A program made the position numbers and the translations under genes. The notes beneath the pieces were generated by a model. The model was given only the letters and a program-made list of their open reading frames with translations, was not told the DNA's origin and ran no database searches. A stretch of 62,802 bases of DNA, counting the filler, from Phoronis australis (lineage: Eukaryota > Animalia > Phoronida), in NCBI GenBank assembly GCA_002633005.1. It is 6 parts of 6 records of this genome, joined end to end, with 100 filler letters (N's around TTAATTAATTAA, not from the genome) between each part and the next. Parts side by side here need not be neighbours in the genome. Positions count along the whole stretch, not along the records: positions 1 to 27,993 come from NMRA01000906.1; 5 more parts are not named here. The stretch is one strand, 5' to 3'. Shown in pieces: positions 14,101-26,867 of this stretch (positions are counted from its first letter, which is position 1; each line of letters opens with the position of its first letter).

Positions 14101-15624
14101 AAAATTGCCCCAAGGTGCATTTTTCCGCGAAATAACGACGTTCCTTGCGTAAAAATGCAACCCTTTTAATGTTTTAACTTTTTACATTTCTAACGGGAGA
14201 ACGGCTGATGTGAGGAGACTTGCCTACAGGGGTGACGTGTGCAGACTGAGGTGCATCACTGGGGATATGTTGATATGTAAGATTATTGTCGGTTATTGTC
14301 TCGGGGGGATTTGGAATTTTTCCGAGTTGCAACCGGGAGTGTAAGTGACCCCCCTATGAAGTATAAATAGGTACCTGGTAATCGCACTCTTTGTTTAGTC
14401 ATGTCAGTCAAATATGTGCTGCACGCCTTCGTGCACCGTCTACCAGACTACCATGGATTTTGAATCGTAGGTTCGTCAACATAGTCTAGCTATTAACCGC
14501 TTTGAGCAATCATAACGCCACTTGCTGTCTATTACGGCGGTAGACAGACCCCCAATTTCCAGTATGTCACTACCTTTTGATATGTATTAATGATAACGAG
14601 CAAATAAACTCCCAACCCCTCACCGGTAGTCAGTCACGTGGTCTACAAATGTAAACCTCTTCTCTCTTCTGCGAAATTTACAAAAGTACTAATGAAGTTC
14701 GGATGGCGTTTTTGTGTTGAAAGCATAAGTAATTCGTGTTACACAATTTTTTAGTTCGAAGCCGGGTTTTTTGGTCGAGTTCATACAGGGGTTCGGATCA
14801 TTTATCTGTGCCTGTCATTTCCATGGTGTTTCGCATTTATTGCAAAAATGATACTTCAACTGATGGGGCTAGCCTCATTGTAAATATTACAATAATGAAT
14901 AAATAACAAACTCTTTAGTAGACTGTGTTTATTTAAAAATGAGCCGAATCGAAAGAGTATGGTTTAGGAATAATTTGTGACAGATTACTTTGCGTAAAAT
15001 TTCTTTTTCTGGTGTTTAGAAGCAGAGACAAGAAACCGAAAACCATCACGCCGTGATCGTTAAACGCGGTTAACATTTAGAGTCAACGATATGGAAGACT
15101 AACATTTAAGCGCTGGCAGCATTTTTCTCTGAAAATTCACTTTGATGCTAACATTTCAGAATCTATATTAACCATACAGAACGAAAGTTGCTCCCGGCTT
15201 CATAACCACCTTGATAACAATGAGTTATGAATAGAACCATTTGGATGAAAATACATTGGCTTCGTGAGAACAATTTCAAAAAACGGAGCTAAGTGTACAA
15301 GACGTTATACGTGAACAGTGCCACGAACAAGGCAAGTAATTAAACGAGTAATTATAATACGATTCATAATCCAAATGTCTGGTATAACTATATCGTTTAT
15401 AGCACATTAAGCTTCCTCAAGATCATACTGAGTGATAGCATGAACATTAACGAAGCAGTTATAACTAGTGACTGTCATGAACTGTGATCGCACTTATTAA
15501 ACTACAACAACTTAGAAGCTACGGTGTTAGCTGTTCACGTTATCGCCGAAACCTTGTGCGGTAGAATGTGCTGCAGTTAATTCAGTCGTGGATCGATAGC
15601 AAAGATACACCCACTCCTCTCTAG

Positions 15625-15786
15625 GTTAGGGTACACATGTATGTTAGGGTACACATGTATGTTAGGGTACACATGTATGTTAGGGTACACATGTATGTTA
15701 GGGTACACATGTATGTTAGGGTACACATGAATGTTAGGGTACACATGTATGTTAGGGTACACATGTATGTTAGGGTACACATGTAT
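15625..15786. repeat. 18-bp minisatellite, 9 copies
   Basis: (GTTAGGGTACACATGTAT)x9 with a single variant unit (sixth, ..CATGAAT). Confidence 0.95.
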
Positions 15787-16410
15787 GTACTAAGCACGAC
15801 GTGATCTGTCTACTTTGTTTTCGCCGGTGAGATTATCCTGTTTTGAATTTCATTGTCAAAATATGGCTCTGTCGTGGTATTGTTCTGAATAAATGATCTT
15901 ACATGTATGTTTCAGTGGCGAGAAATTGTCCGGGCCAAATATAATTGAGTTCGTCTCACTGTAAATCAACAATTTAGATAGTTGTAGTGGATTTCAAAGT
16001 TGTCGAAACTTCCAAAATGATGTGTCACCGGGAAGCCGGCAATTTGAATTTGTTTTAGAAGCGAGTTCCGTAGTTGTTTACCTTAAATATGTGAAATAAA
16101 ACGCAAAGTTTCACATTAACCAAAGTTGAGAAATATCGTTTCCAATTAAAACCACTAAAATTTGTCTTCAGTCAAATCCATATTTCCGAACTATTTAGTA
16201 GAAAGCATAAATGATTAGTGAAAAATAAACTTGTTGACTTATATGAATAAGAAGCTATGTTGACCAGTAAAATTCACCAGTCGTTTAAATGTCCAATTAC
16301 AGGGTAAAAAGATAAAAGATACCTTGCCCTCCATTACGAGATCTTGCCATGGAGTTATATTGACGGAACAGTCAGGTTGTCTAGTTTTTGACCGCGTTTA
16401 GAAATTTCAC

Positions 16411-16463
16411 CATGTAGTGTGTGTTAACTTGAGTTGTGTGACGAAGTTAACACACACTACATG
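16411..16463. repeat. perfect 20-bp inverted repeat with 13-nt loop
   Basis: CATGTAGTGTGTGTTAACTT - GAGTTGTGTGACG - AAGTTAACACACACTACATG. Confidence 0.9.
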
Positions 16464-17606
16464 TACAGAACTGTATGTGACATTTGATGACATTTTTCTT
16501 CTCACGAGGCTTGCATTTATTCATTCAAGTTGTCCGTATAAAAATGATCATCAAAGGTTTGCTTTAATGTTATCAAAAATCTGCTCCTGGTGAATATAGC
16601 TAGCTCTTTATTTAGACCGCATGTGGCTTTGAACGTGCTTTTAATTCGTTCTTTACTAAGATTGGGCGATATTGGTGTGCTCCGAGAGAATTGACAGTTA
16701 TTTTTCCGGATCATGTTCGGTGCGTGTAACGACTTCAAGTTTTAAGCTAAGTGCCTGTCGCCGTTGGTTTTTGACTGAGACCGGAGTATTGTTTGAAGCA
16801 ATTACGAGCTGCCATTTAATGCAAGTCCAAAATTAATTTCATTTTTTGCAAAGAAAAAGCTGAACTCACTTTTAAAACAGCAGGTCGTCTAAATCAAAAA
16901 GCATGGTATTCTCACAGAAAATGGGTCTATAAAGTGCACCTTTAACGCAGTGTTAAGGGTGTTTCACGAGGTACAAAAGGCCAACAATTATCAAGTTAAC
17001 CCCATTTACCTCCTTCACCAATTTATTACGCAAGACAACAGAGACTTATATACATTTCTTCCTTTCGCGTTTTGTTTTCTTATAAGATGAACAACTCAGA
17101 CCAAAAATTCGCGCGAGCACGGCTATCATTGTTTCGCCAACGCAGACTTCAAAAATCCTCTATCAGTTAACTTACAGTCTTGTTTTAAGCTCACTCGACA
17201 GGCGCATCGATTTGTGATACAATTTACTTACCTGTTAAAGCTTTCATGATATAATAATCAACTGTTATAAAGCGCTATATCCGTCACTCCGAACCGTTTC
17301 CTTGCGTACATGAACTTTCGTAAAAAACAATCACGTCTGGAAGGCAAAACCTCTCTTCATTCTTGTAGTTCGTCTTTCGGCCTACTAGACCGTTTGTAAG
17401 ATTTTTTCAGAGGCTCCAAAGGGTACATCATCTCTAGCGACCAAGACCATCATGAAATGAGCAAAATGTTTTTAGTGTCATGACGTGCCGTCGGATGGTG
17501 TCTGTTGTATTATTTTAAGTATAATCATCAGTTGCAAGACATAGTGTTTATTAATCTTAAGTTACTCTTGCTATATGCGCATGTCAAGTAGTAGGCTACA
17601 CGTACA

Positions 17607-17674
17607 CATATCCGCGACGAGGCTTTGATACCAAGGCATATCCGAAACGAGGCTTTGATACCCAGGCATATCCG
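17607..17674. repeat. 30-bp tandem repeat, ~2.3 copies
   Basis: CATATCCG..ACGAGGCTTTGATACC.AGG repeated. Confidence 0.85.
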
Positions 17675-17834
17675 TAACACCGGAGGTGAACTTTATATGC
17701 ACAAGTACGAATTTCAGTCGTGCGGTAAGTCATGTGACTTGGGTAAGATTGACCGTATAACCGGAAGCGCACATGTGTAGATAACGCAAAACTCTGAGTT
17801 TTTCGGAGCCCCAAGCAGACATGAAGTTTGAAAG

Positions 17835-17940
17835 ATTATTATAATTACAATTAGCATTGTAATTACGATTATTATTATCATTATCATTATTATTATTACC
17901 ATTATCAATTATTATCATTATTACTATTATTTTTAATATT
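17835..17940. repeat. imperfect (ATT)n microsatellite
   Basis: ATT/ATC triplet run. Confidence 0.85.
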
Positions 17941-20279
17941 ACAATGAGAGTACAGTAATCCTTCAGTTATATCTCCACAAATAATTGACAAGTTTGCTTT
18001 TGAGTTACCAATTTCCTACAACAAATGAAAACTTTACAATGCAATTTTTATGGCAACTGTACACTATAAATCATAGTATTAATTTCTCAATATTCACTTC
18101 TGCTGAGATAAAATAGAGGTTCCCACTGGCTGTCGTGGTGTGTGCATTACAGGTGAAAATTTACGATAACCAAAAGTGAAGGAAATAGCTTAACTCAAAC
18201 CGATTAAAAGCATTGTAGCATGGTTTATGGTGATTGACAACGACAAACTAGCTTATCTCCGTTTTAAAAGCAAGATGATCAACTGCTGTATGAATGGAGT
18301 ACCACCAATCCACGGTAGATTTTCGTAGATTCAAGAATGTCGCTATGGAAGCTAGTATGACCTGGTGCTTATCTTGTAACATGGCGTTATCTCCTCAAGT
18401 CTCGCGAATATATGCGTTTTCGCGAGATTCTCGTTTCCCCTACATGCATGCCTCTTGTGAAACACCTTTCGAGTAGTATCTTTATCGTCGATAGGGTTCA
18501 ATTGTTTTGTAGACACGATGGAACCAGACCAGTAATTGCTTGCACCCACAATGTTAAATTAGAAAATTCAGTGAGTCTCTCTCCACAATATTTGTTTCTT
18601 GATATTTGATTGCTAAAGTTAAGGGGAGGATGGGAAACCCAAATTGAAAGCAAAAAGAAAATAATGAGCCAAATTATTTAGTTTCCAACTGAATTTCAGC
18701 ATCTGACGTAGTTCGCAAACCAACACTTCATACAAATCGACCCAAGAAGTTCACGAAGCTGTAAATAAGCGCGCGACGGAAGACAAAATCATTTAATCGC
18801 GTGGTCAGGGATTACGTTGGGAGCCTCACTGTCCACCTTAACAAGTTCCATATGTTCCTGTTTGCACTGACAAATTCTTCTATGACCAACTATGAGAACC
18901 AGTGTCTGCTGAAACTAACACCACTCGCACCACTGACGTAAACTAATGGAGTTAATCATTGTAAGAGGTCGGCGGGATTCCGTCGCGGAATTAAAAACAC
19001 AATTTCATTGTTCCTCCATTTACAAGCTATGGCAAGTGGCGACATCTGTCTACCAGAAGAGGGAATTCTTCGGTGTGTTTTGCAAATACATATATGCACG
19101 TTTTGTCGTTTTGTGTCATTCAATGGAAGGTCTATTTTCATCAGCGCGTTTTCAGCAGCTGGACAAGAGAAGCATATTATTACATCAGGTGACTGATTGG
19201 TAGTCATTACAAGTTTCTGCCTTTTTATGCAGTGACGAGTGCGGTTTGTGGCACTACGACAATTATGCGCTATTTGCGGTCGTTGTAATGGCCTTCCATT
19301 AAAACTGCATTTTAACATGTAAAATCGCACATTGTCACTTAAATGGATACTAAACCCGGAGTTTGAGTGTTAACAGACATTTATCGATGCTACTAATGAC
19401 GACTTAACACTTACTTGTAAAACTTTGAAACACTGCTCAGTAGACGTTTGGCAATTCCCAAATGCCTTACTCAAGACTGACAATTCCATACAAAATTGAA
19501 ATGCTTTTCTACGACTATTTTGGAGTGTTGGTGTAAGCAGGCCACCGTCTCCATTTTGTGACAGAGTCGCCGAGGGCAGGGTTTTAGTACTGCCATGATT
19601 TAATCTTCCAAAAGAAAAACTAGTTATATTCCTACACAATAGATGTCGTATGCTGTTTTTGGTAACAACGTGGTTTACTATCGTTTTAATGTGATGGTAC
19701 GACCCTCACTAGGTATGTCCGATAGAGCAAAGACCTGTAGATAAATTAAGATGAAGACCACGGCTATCGGCACACTGACTGCGGACAGTGTGAAATGTCT
19801 TGGCTGTTATTGGATCGACACTGCGTCTGAATGTCGGAGGCAGGTTTAATTGTAGTAACTCGGTGGGAGAAATGATTTGCTGCTTTTTTACAAAAATAGT
19901 TACAAAAATGGTTACCGTGACTGGCGCCTGATTCAACATGCTGTAAGGCGGGAACCGAACACAATATTCGAAGGGAATTATCGCGTAATCCCTAAAACAT
20001 GCGGATCCGGTTCCTGCTGGGGGGAGACTGGCTGAAATCCCCCCATTAACCCGCACTTGGGTAACAGGAAACACAGTGGGTGTGAGAAGATATACTGATC
20101 ATAAATTAAACAGAGAATAAAAGCTTCTGCTTGTGTGGGAACACCCGCAGTAGTAGACAGTCAGTCAAGCCGTCGCACTAGATGGCGGCACAGGCATCTT
20201 TACGTGACTAGCAAAGATACTGTATACTATAATATCTTTGACTGTAGTTCTGGCTTTCCCGTAGATTCAAACCTGGGTT

Positions 20280-20520
20280 TGAGCCCAGCCCGGACTACCC
20301 TCTGATACAGCGCCACCTACATTGTATACTGCAAAGTTTCGTTTAGCACTGTGATAGAGTGTAACCCCGGACACGTTCATTTTCTTTTCGCTAGGATCGC
20401 TAAGAGATTGGGTCGCAGGCTCGTACCCGAGCCCCAAGATGGCGCTGATCGGTTTAGCCATTTGGGGCTTGGTTATGGGAAATTACCTTCTGTGCAATGA
20501 CTGGTCGCTGTCTTGATGTC
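20280..20520 (+). repeat. interspersed repeat also at 30928-31030; this copy has a ~135-bp internal insertion
   Basis: Shared AGCCCAGC..CAAGATGGCGCTGAT.GGTTTAGC..TTTG.G.CTTGGT. Segment 20288-20421 is absent from the 30928 copy and has weak inverted ends AGCCCGG.. / ..CGCAGGCT. Confidence 0.6.
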
Positions 20521-21849
20521 ATTAAAACAAAGGCAGTTTTTAATTATTTTCACAGGCGTTGTTGTTGCCATTTTTGAAACAGAAGGCATCGTTTTGGTTA
20601 TTGTTCGAAATAAAGGTTGTTCACGTACTTATTTTATCTTATTTTTCATTAATAGTATCATAGAAAAATAGATTCTTTTGATCTATTTTCTAAATAAAAT
20701 ACATCATTTTTGCAATAATTTAGACCCACTTTGTTGCAATATACCGTTAGTTTTCATCTTTATATAAAACTGCAAACAATTGTAAAATTTGATTACTTGT
20801 GAAATTCCGGTGATTTCCGTAAAAATGTGCCTATTTCTGACGCATTTCATTTCCTATAACCAAGCATCAAACGACTAAACTGAACTGTTACCTACAGTAT
20901 ATACGAGTCCAGTTTTGGTCGATGCTTGTTTTAAGTATTCCTTTACAATCCTATTAACAACGTCATGTTCTTAATCTGTGTTCCAATTCTGAAACCTGGA
21001 AGGCTTTATAGTCCGGGAGTCAGGGGACTGAACATGGATTTGTCTAAAAATGTTTTTTTTTTCTTTGCTGTTTCATGTAGCCTAGGGTTAAATAACCGTG
21101 ATTTAGGGGGTAAATCGTTCTCAACCCTTGGGCATTTTTTGAATATGCAAATTAAGGTCACCATTATGAAAAAAATGCTCGTAATTTCCTTACCAGGCAC
21201 TTCAGCCAGATAATTTTGACGTTTTCACCAATGTTTTCATGGTCGACAAATTTAACAGTGCAAGTTTTTTGGTGAATACATTGTTAATTTGAAAAATTTA
21301 TACAAATTAAGGTCGCCATTATTCAAAATTCTTCTTGTGCTAATAGCTAATGTACCAGGCACCACATGCATGTATGAACTATCACGATATTTGCACCTAC
21401 ATTTTTAGGTCATTTAGTTTAATTAAATAGATTTTCATATGATGTTGCATGATAAATTTGCATAACTAATGCCAGTTAACCGCGCTCTTATTCACAATTC
21501 TACTTGTGCTTAGTAGCTGCGGTACCAAGCACCACAAGTAAACTCTCATGATATTTGAACCTATGTTCCTGTGGTCAATTAGGTTAATGAAATCAGTTTG
21601 CAAGTTACATAATATATTAGAATAAGTGATGCAGAGAAAGGCCGCCATTATTAAAAATTCTGTATGTGCTCGTAACTTTCTTACGGCGGGCACTACATGC
21701 AGATTATTGTGGTATTTTTACTAAAGAATTTAATGTAATCTGTCATTATATCATGAATATAAATAATCTGTAATTTATTACACAACATTACAAATTCTAG
21801 TTTTGTCTGATACCCAGGGTATATGTAGTAGATGACCAAATTGTTTAAT

Positions 21850-22312
21850 TGCATAACTACACCGGTTTCTGGCCATACTAAGATTAAAAAACGGACGATC
21901 GCCGCACAAATAAAAAAGTTCTTGTTATTCAACGTTTCGTCCATTCATTAAACATCATCAGGGTAATTATATACAGAGGGCAGCAAGTGCCAGCATACAG
22001 GTCAGGTAAAATCCATAACGTCGAGTAAAAGATATAGGGAATACATGTAGTAAGTAGCTGGTCATCGCCATAGTTGAAGGGACATTGAGCTCTGCATGTT
22101 ATTCAGTAGCATGCTGGTCCTTAATGGCCAGTGACTCTTTAATGAACAGTAATTCCTTTACAGGTTCTCTACTGAATTGGCTTGGTGATTGTTGCCAAAA
22201 AATGCCTATATGTTGCTTTCCTCTGAGGTGTGATGTTCCTTTAGCCTGTTAAAGAGCCGTCTCTGTGTGAGTCCGATATACATGTAGAATTCCTTACAGT
22301 TGTCACATTCAT
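21850..22312 (-). mobile_element. Penelope-like element 3' remnant (GIY-YIG end and pLTR)
   Basis: Minus translation ECDNCKEFY(MY)IGLTQRRLFNRLKEH..KELLFIKESLAIKDQHA contains the CxxC, YIG, RxKEH and KES motifs. A hammerhead motif follows. Confidence 0.8.
21929..21963 (-). ncRNA. minimal type I hammerhead ribozyme motif, partly decayed
   Basis: Reverse complement CC-CTGATGA-T-GTTTA-ATGAA-TGGAC-GAAA-CGTT-GA: CUGAUGA and GAAA boxes, stem II with G:U pairs, palindromic AACGTT stem III. Confidence 0.7.
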
Positions 22313-23250
22313 TCACAGCATGTTGGAAAGTTTACAAAGAGGTTTAAAACAACTACTTTTGTAGTGTAAACGGCACTATAGCTATTAGATCAAGTAAAAT
22401 TTTGAATACTGGTGGCCTTAATTTGTATAAATTATGCAAATTTACGATGTATCCACCCACAAACTTTCACTATTAAATTCGTTGACTATGCAGACATGGG
22501 CGAAAGCAACAAAATGACCTGCCTGCAGTGCTCAGTACGGAAATTATAAGCAAACTTGCACAATGAGGGCGTTAATTTGCATCAGTTATGCAAATTGACA
22601 ATGTATTCAACAAAAAACTTGCACTATTAAATTCCTTGACCATGAAACCATACAGAAAAAAGTCGACATTATCTGGCTGCAGTGATTGGTAAGCAAATTA
22701 TAAGTAAAAATAGAATTTCACATAATGGCGACCTTAATTTGCATATTTTAAAAAAATCTCAATGGTTGCGAACGGTCACCTCCCTAACTCGTGATTAACT
22801 ATGCCTAGGCTACAGGAAACTGCAAAGAAAAAAACCTTATCCGGCAAATCCAAGTTAAGTAAAAAAACAGCGTTTGGCTATTATAGAATTCAATCGGGAC
22901 CATCGTCCGCGGCGCCAAACGGTTTTAGAAAGGCAAAACAAAAATGTATAGAACAAAGTAAGGCCGTTTTCGTGCAGTTCAATGCAAGATTTGACCTGTA
23001 TTAACTTGGACGCGTAGTTATTGTATGGAGTCAAATGCATCCTTCTACTACCGAAGTCAGTAAGTCCAGGGAAACCAGTAAACACGTAGACACTAGGCTT
23101 CAACGACAGTTATAAACTTGCCTTTCGTCATCATTGATTTAAACAACTTGCATTTATGAAACTTTAGTCTTTGCTGGAAAGACTCGACTGGATTGTTAAA
23201 AGTGTTAAGACCATGCTCAACAAGTAGGCAAGGCGGCCACGCTGGTTCCT

Positions 23251-23817
23251 TGCGTGTCCGCTAGAGGGAAGGGAACACGCAAGTATCAGTTAATTTTCCC
23301 CGGGGGAAATTCTTACACCGGCGTGTCTGATTGACTGGTCGAATTGTCAACAGGCACAAACCGGCATGACTGATGGAGGAAGTGTTAACATGTATAGAAT
23401 TTGTATAGAATTTGTGGTCTGTAGTGTACAGAGACAAATCGATACTTAATTAAGATATGTTCGAGAAATTTGAATCGGAAAGTTGTGATTGAATGCGTTT
23501 TCGGTGTGCACTTTTCTACTGTCGCTGAGTAGCCCGTTGGCATTACAGCTGGGGTGTCCTTTTCGGCAACCGATGTCAAGCTCATCAACTGCTCATGCCG
23601 CGAACAACTATTTACTTAGTCATTCTGACGTTATTTACAAGCAGAAAGAAAACGTCGTTTGGACAAGATGTTGACAAGGCTAAAAATTGTTGACTACTAT
23701 TTTTCTGTGTTGTACATGTAAAGCTTATACAATGACTGTCGAGGTTACATCAACCAGTGATAAAACGTGTGCTGCTGAATGGTACCTGTGTGTCCCCTTC
23801 CAGCTAGTGGACACGCA
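23251..23817. mobile_element. MITE with ~37-bp imperfect TIRs
   Basis: TGCGTGTCCGCTAGAGGGAAGGGAACACGCAAGTA versus reverse complement TGCGTGTCCACTAGCTGGAAGGGGACACACAGGTA. No clear TSD. Confidence 0.55.
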
Positions 23818-26136
23818 CAACGGTTTGCTACCGTAATTTATGCGCCGGGCTCAATCGCTAATGCATTGCGTTTTTCTAAGCCCGTAGCTATTTATCACTT
23901 CTCACCTATGTAAGGAACTTTCTGGACCAGTACTGCAACGGTAGGTGGTCCAAATAACTGTCAGAGCGTGGATTTAGGACTATAGCAGCTTAGAAGCCAG
24001 TTCTTTTGTGAACATGTGACAGCCAGCATTTGTAAAACATATGTGGTAACAAATGACTATGCAATTGGATACAGGTTATCACATGTGGTGTTAACATTTG
24101 CGTGGGATTTGCAACAACTGCCCAATTTTATTACGGTGCTTCAAACGTGTCAGTGCACGCACATCCCCCGGGCCGGGAAAATAATGTAAATCTGTCAACT
24201 TCCAGTTGTCAAAGATCCACGGATTTCGATTACTCAGGAGGATGATTTTACTGCTGAGAACATGGAATACCCAGCCTTTTAACTACTGTACATGCATAGT
24301 ATTAAAGTGTCGGTTTTGGTAAAAAATCCAAGGCCCTTTTATAAGTGATTAAAGGGGACAAACGGAAGTTCAGCAGCGCCCCTTGTGATTGCTTAACTCG
24401 GGTCAACGGGCGCATAAAAATTGCAGCAGTCAACGATGCATTTTTGTCTGGAATGATACACATTACCACTTCTAAAACAACGACAATGCAGAGCACCTTA
24501 TGCAAACTTGTGCCAGTGATCAAAATAACAGTGTTGGGCTGTCTAGCCTATTTTGATACAGTAGCACAGGTCTCAAATCCGGATTAATGATTTTCGTTGA
24601 ATTGAGATGCATTTAGCGGCATAGAACGTCCAATAATCACCACATAATATAACGAAAAAGCAAACAAAAACACTAGACACGTTAAATTGCGCCCCCTGAA
24701 ATCTAGTCGAAGACGTGTGATATACTAACGGGAACTGCAGATCCTCCAAGCTGGCCCACAGGTTTGAGAACCTACGCTACCTGACCCAAGTAGAGTGGCC
24801 TTATAATTTTCTTTTTCTGTTTTTTGTCAAGTGTTGCCTGATCCTTTATGAATATACTTTTCCCAAGCGTCGCTTGATACCGGATGTAATGGGTGGGCTA
24901 TTTTCTTCAAGTTACAGGTTGTTTAATGAACCATCCAGATATCTGTTGTCTTGGAAATTGACCACACCGTGATGTGTAGTACATGTATGCCTCGGCTGAT
25001 TACCGTATTACCGTATGTACAGTGTATGTGCAGTTTCATTCAGCATTGGTTTAAGCAAGAAGTGTAGCACATATGTAGGAGAGTATACTTGTGAGTTCGC
25101 TGTCATCGCTACTACTAGCGCCGCCAACTGGTGAATAAGCAACGGTGAAGAGGAAGCGCAAGAACAATGGGGAAGGGTGCATTTTGCAGGGCGATAAAAT
25201 TGCACTAATTCATCCACGAATGTCCCAGAAGTGTTATTGTTTACGTTTCGTAAGGATCCAGAAAATAAGGATTATTGCTATTTAATATTATGATACGTTG
25301 TCTTTCGTTTTGTGTGTTCTGTTCACGGTTGGATTTTATTGCAAAGGATTTGATCTTCAGTGTGAACTGGATGCAGCGGGCTACCACCAGTTAGAAATGA
25401 CATCTGTGTGTTGAGCAAACCATAGGTTCTATAATCGTCCAAGCAACATTTTTGGTCGTTTTCCTGTTCATGTAGAACTTTATCCCAGTACACAGATTAA
25501 AAGTGCCAGCTAAATAAGTATTAATTTTATTGCCATTTTGGATCGTCATGAAACAAGATACGTCGACTTCACTGGCACCTCTGGATTGATGTTTGTTTTC
25601 AAGGATTGGAATTTGGTCACCGTGTATGGAAATTTTTGGTACAATGTACGTGAGTGGTAATAACGGGTCAGGGAAATATGAATTCGTATCACGTGTTTTA
25701 GTATCCTATTGTTCTGGGGTGGAATTGTTTAAACCCTCTGAGTATTGCTCCTATAAAATCCTAGACGAGCTGTCCGATCAAAATTTATTCGCGCTTTTCA
25801 GTGTGACAGGCGAGTTTTAAAATTTTCATCCAGTCTCGAATCCAGCCCCGATTAAAATTAGAGTCTGGAGAAAAGTCTGACACCTGGGCCCGGTCTCCAA
25901 TTTCCGTACTCAGACTCATACTCATACTCATACTCGAGATTTCATACTCAAAATCGTGCTCACCGGAGTCGTACTCAAAAAAGCGTATCTAATGTCGCAT
26001 TTCGAGTAGATTCCAAACGTACTCAAATATGACACTCATACTCGAGTTACTATGGAACTATTTATGATGTGCAATGCAAAACCACGCAAAGTCGCGCTGA
26101 TTCAACGCTCCCTATTGGCATAGACCACCCCAGCAA

Positions 26137-26826
26137 GCAGAATGGTGAATGTTGGTCAAATTCCCTTTTGTCTACTGACGTCACAAGCATACTGACGCCC
26201 CCAGTGGAGGCCCTGAGAACTCGTAAACAAGCATGCTGGCGACTGTGATTAAAGTATTTTTATGATTTTTCCAGAGTCGCCATATTTTAGTGTGTTTTTT
26301 AAATAATGTTGTATGTCATACCTCTCAGAAAATTAATATTGTTCCAATAAATTAAGAAAATTGGAATATTCATTATCGCGATCCTGCAACACCATCCAAA
26401 TGTTCTTCTGTGTTACACACGGCAAAGCCAAAGTCTTATCCCCACGCGAAATAGCCTCAATTACGCTCCACTAAAAATGAATCTTTCAATCATAATTAAT
26501 TGATACTATATACCATTCATTATTATATATTAAAAAAAATAATTGCAGGCGGTCTGATACACGTTGTACCAGACGTGCGCAGGCCTCGCATGTGGGCCCA
26601 TTGCACTGATCACCTGGAAATATTTTTATGCTTTATTAATATATGGTTAAAAAAAAAAAAGAAAAACCATGCATTATGTTTTTAGAAAAAAAAAAGATAC
26701 TCAACGTCCCACAATAAATACAAGTCTGTTCGCAAGCTTGGCTCGGCCGTTGCTAGGCTGGATACTTCCAGTATGCTTGCGACGTCAGTGGACAAAAGGG
26801 GATTTGGCCAACATTCACCATTCTGC
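26137..26826. mobile_element. MULE (Mutator-like) MITE, 690 bp
   Basis: ~57-bp TIRs starting GCAGAATGGTGAATGTTGG. Exact 9-bp TSD CCCCAGCAA at 26128-26136 and 26827-26835. Confidence 0.85.
26541..26647 (-). repeat. internal fragment of the SINE at 30329-30614, inside the MULE MITE
   Basis: Reverse complement matches 30454-30558 (CCAGGTGATCAGTGCAATGGG.CCACATGCGAGGCCTGC..GTATCAGACCGCCTGCAATT). Confidence 0.75.
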
Positions 26827-26867
26827 CCCCAGCAACTACATTATCGTCTGCTGTCGCTACAACTACA

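Larger units (their letters stand above)
21031..22856. repeat. inverted pair of satellite-containing arms (21031-~21700 and ~22320-22856)
   Basis: The reverse complement of 22720-22856 aligns with 21031-21168 (..TTCTTTGC.GTTTC.TGTAGCCTAGG..TATGCAAATTAAGGTC.CCATTATG). Each arm has ~140-150-bp subunits containing CAAATTAAGGTCGCCATTAT. Confidence 0.7.

Noticed and set aside
14280-14380. Possible SINE core fragment (..GTATAAATAGGTACCTGG)
   Set aside because: No A/B boxes or second copy in the window; too short to call.
15577-15780. ORF of repeated YPNIHV
   Set aside because: It is only the translation of the 18-bp minisatellite. It is not a telomere either, since the TTAGGG units are not contiguous.
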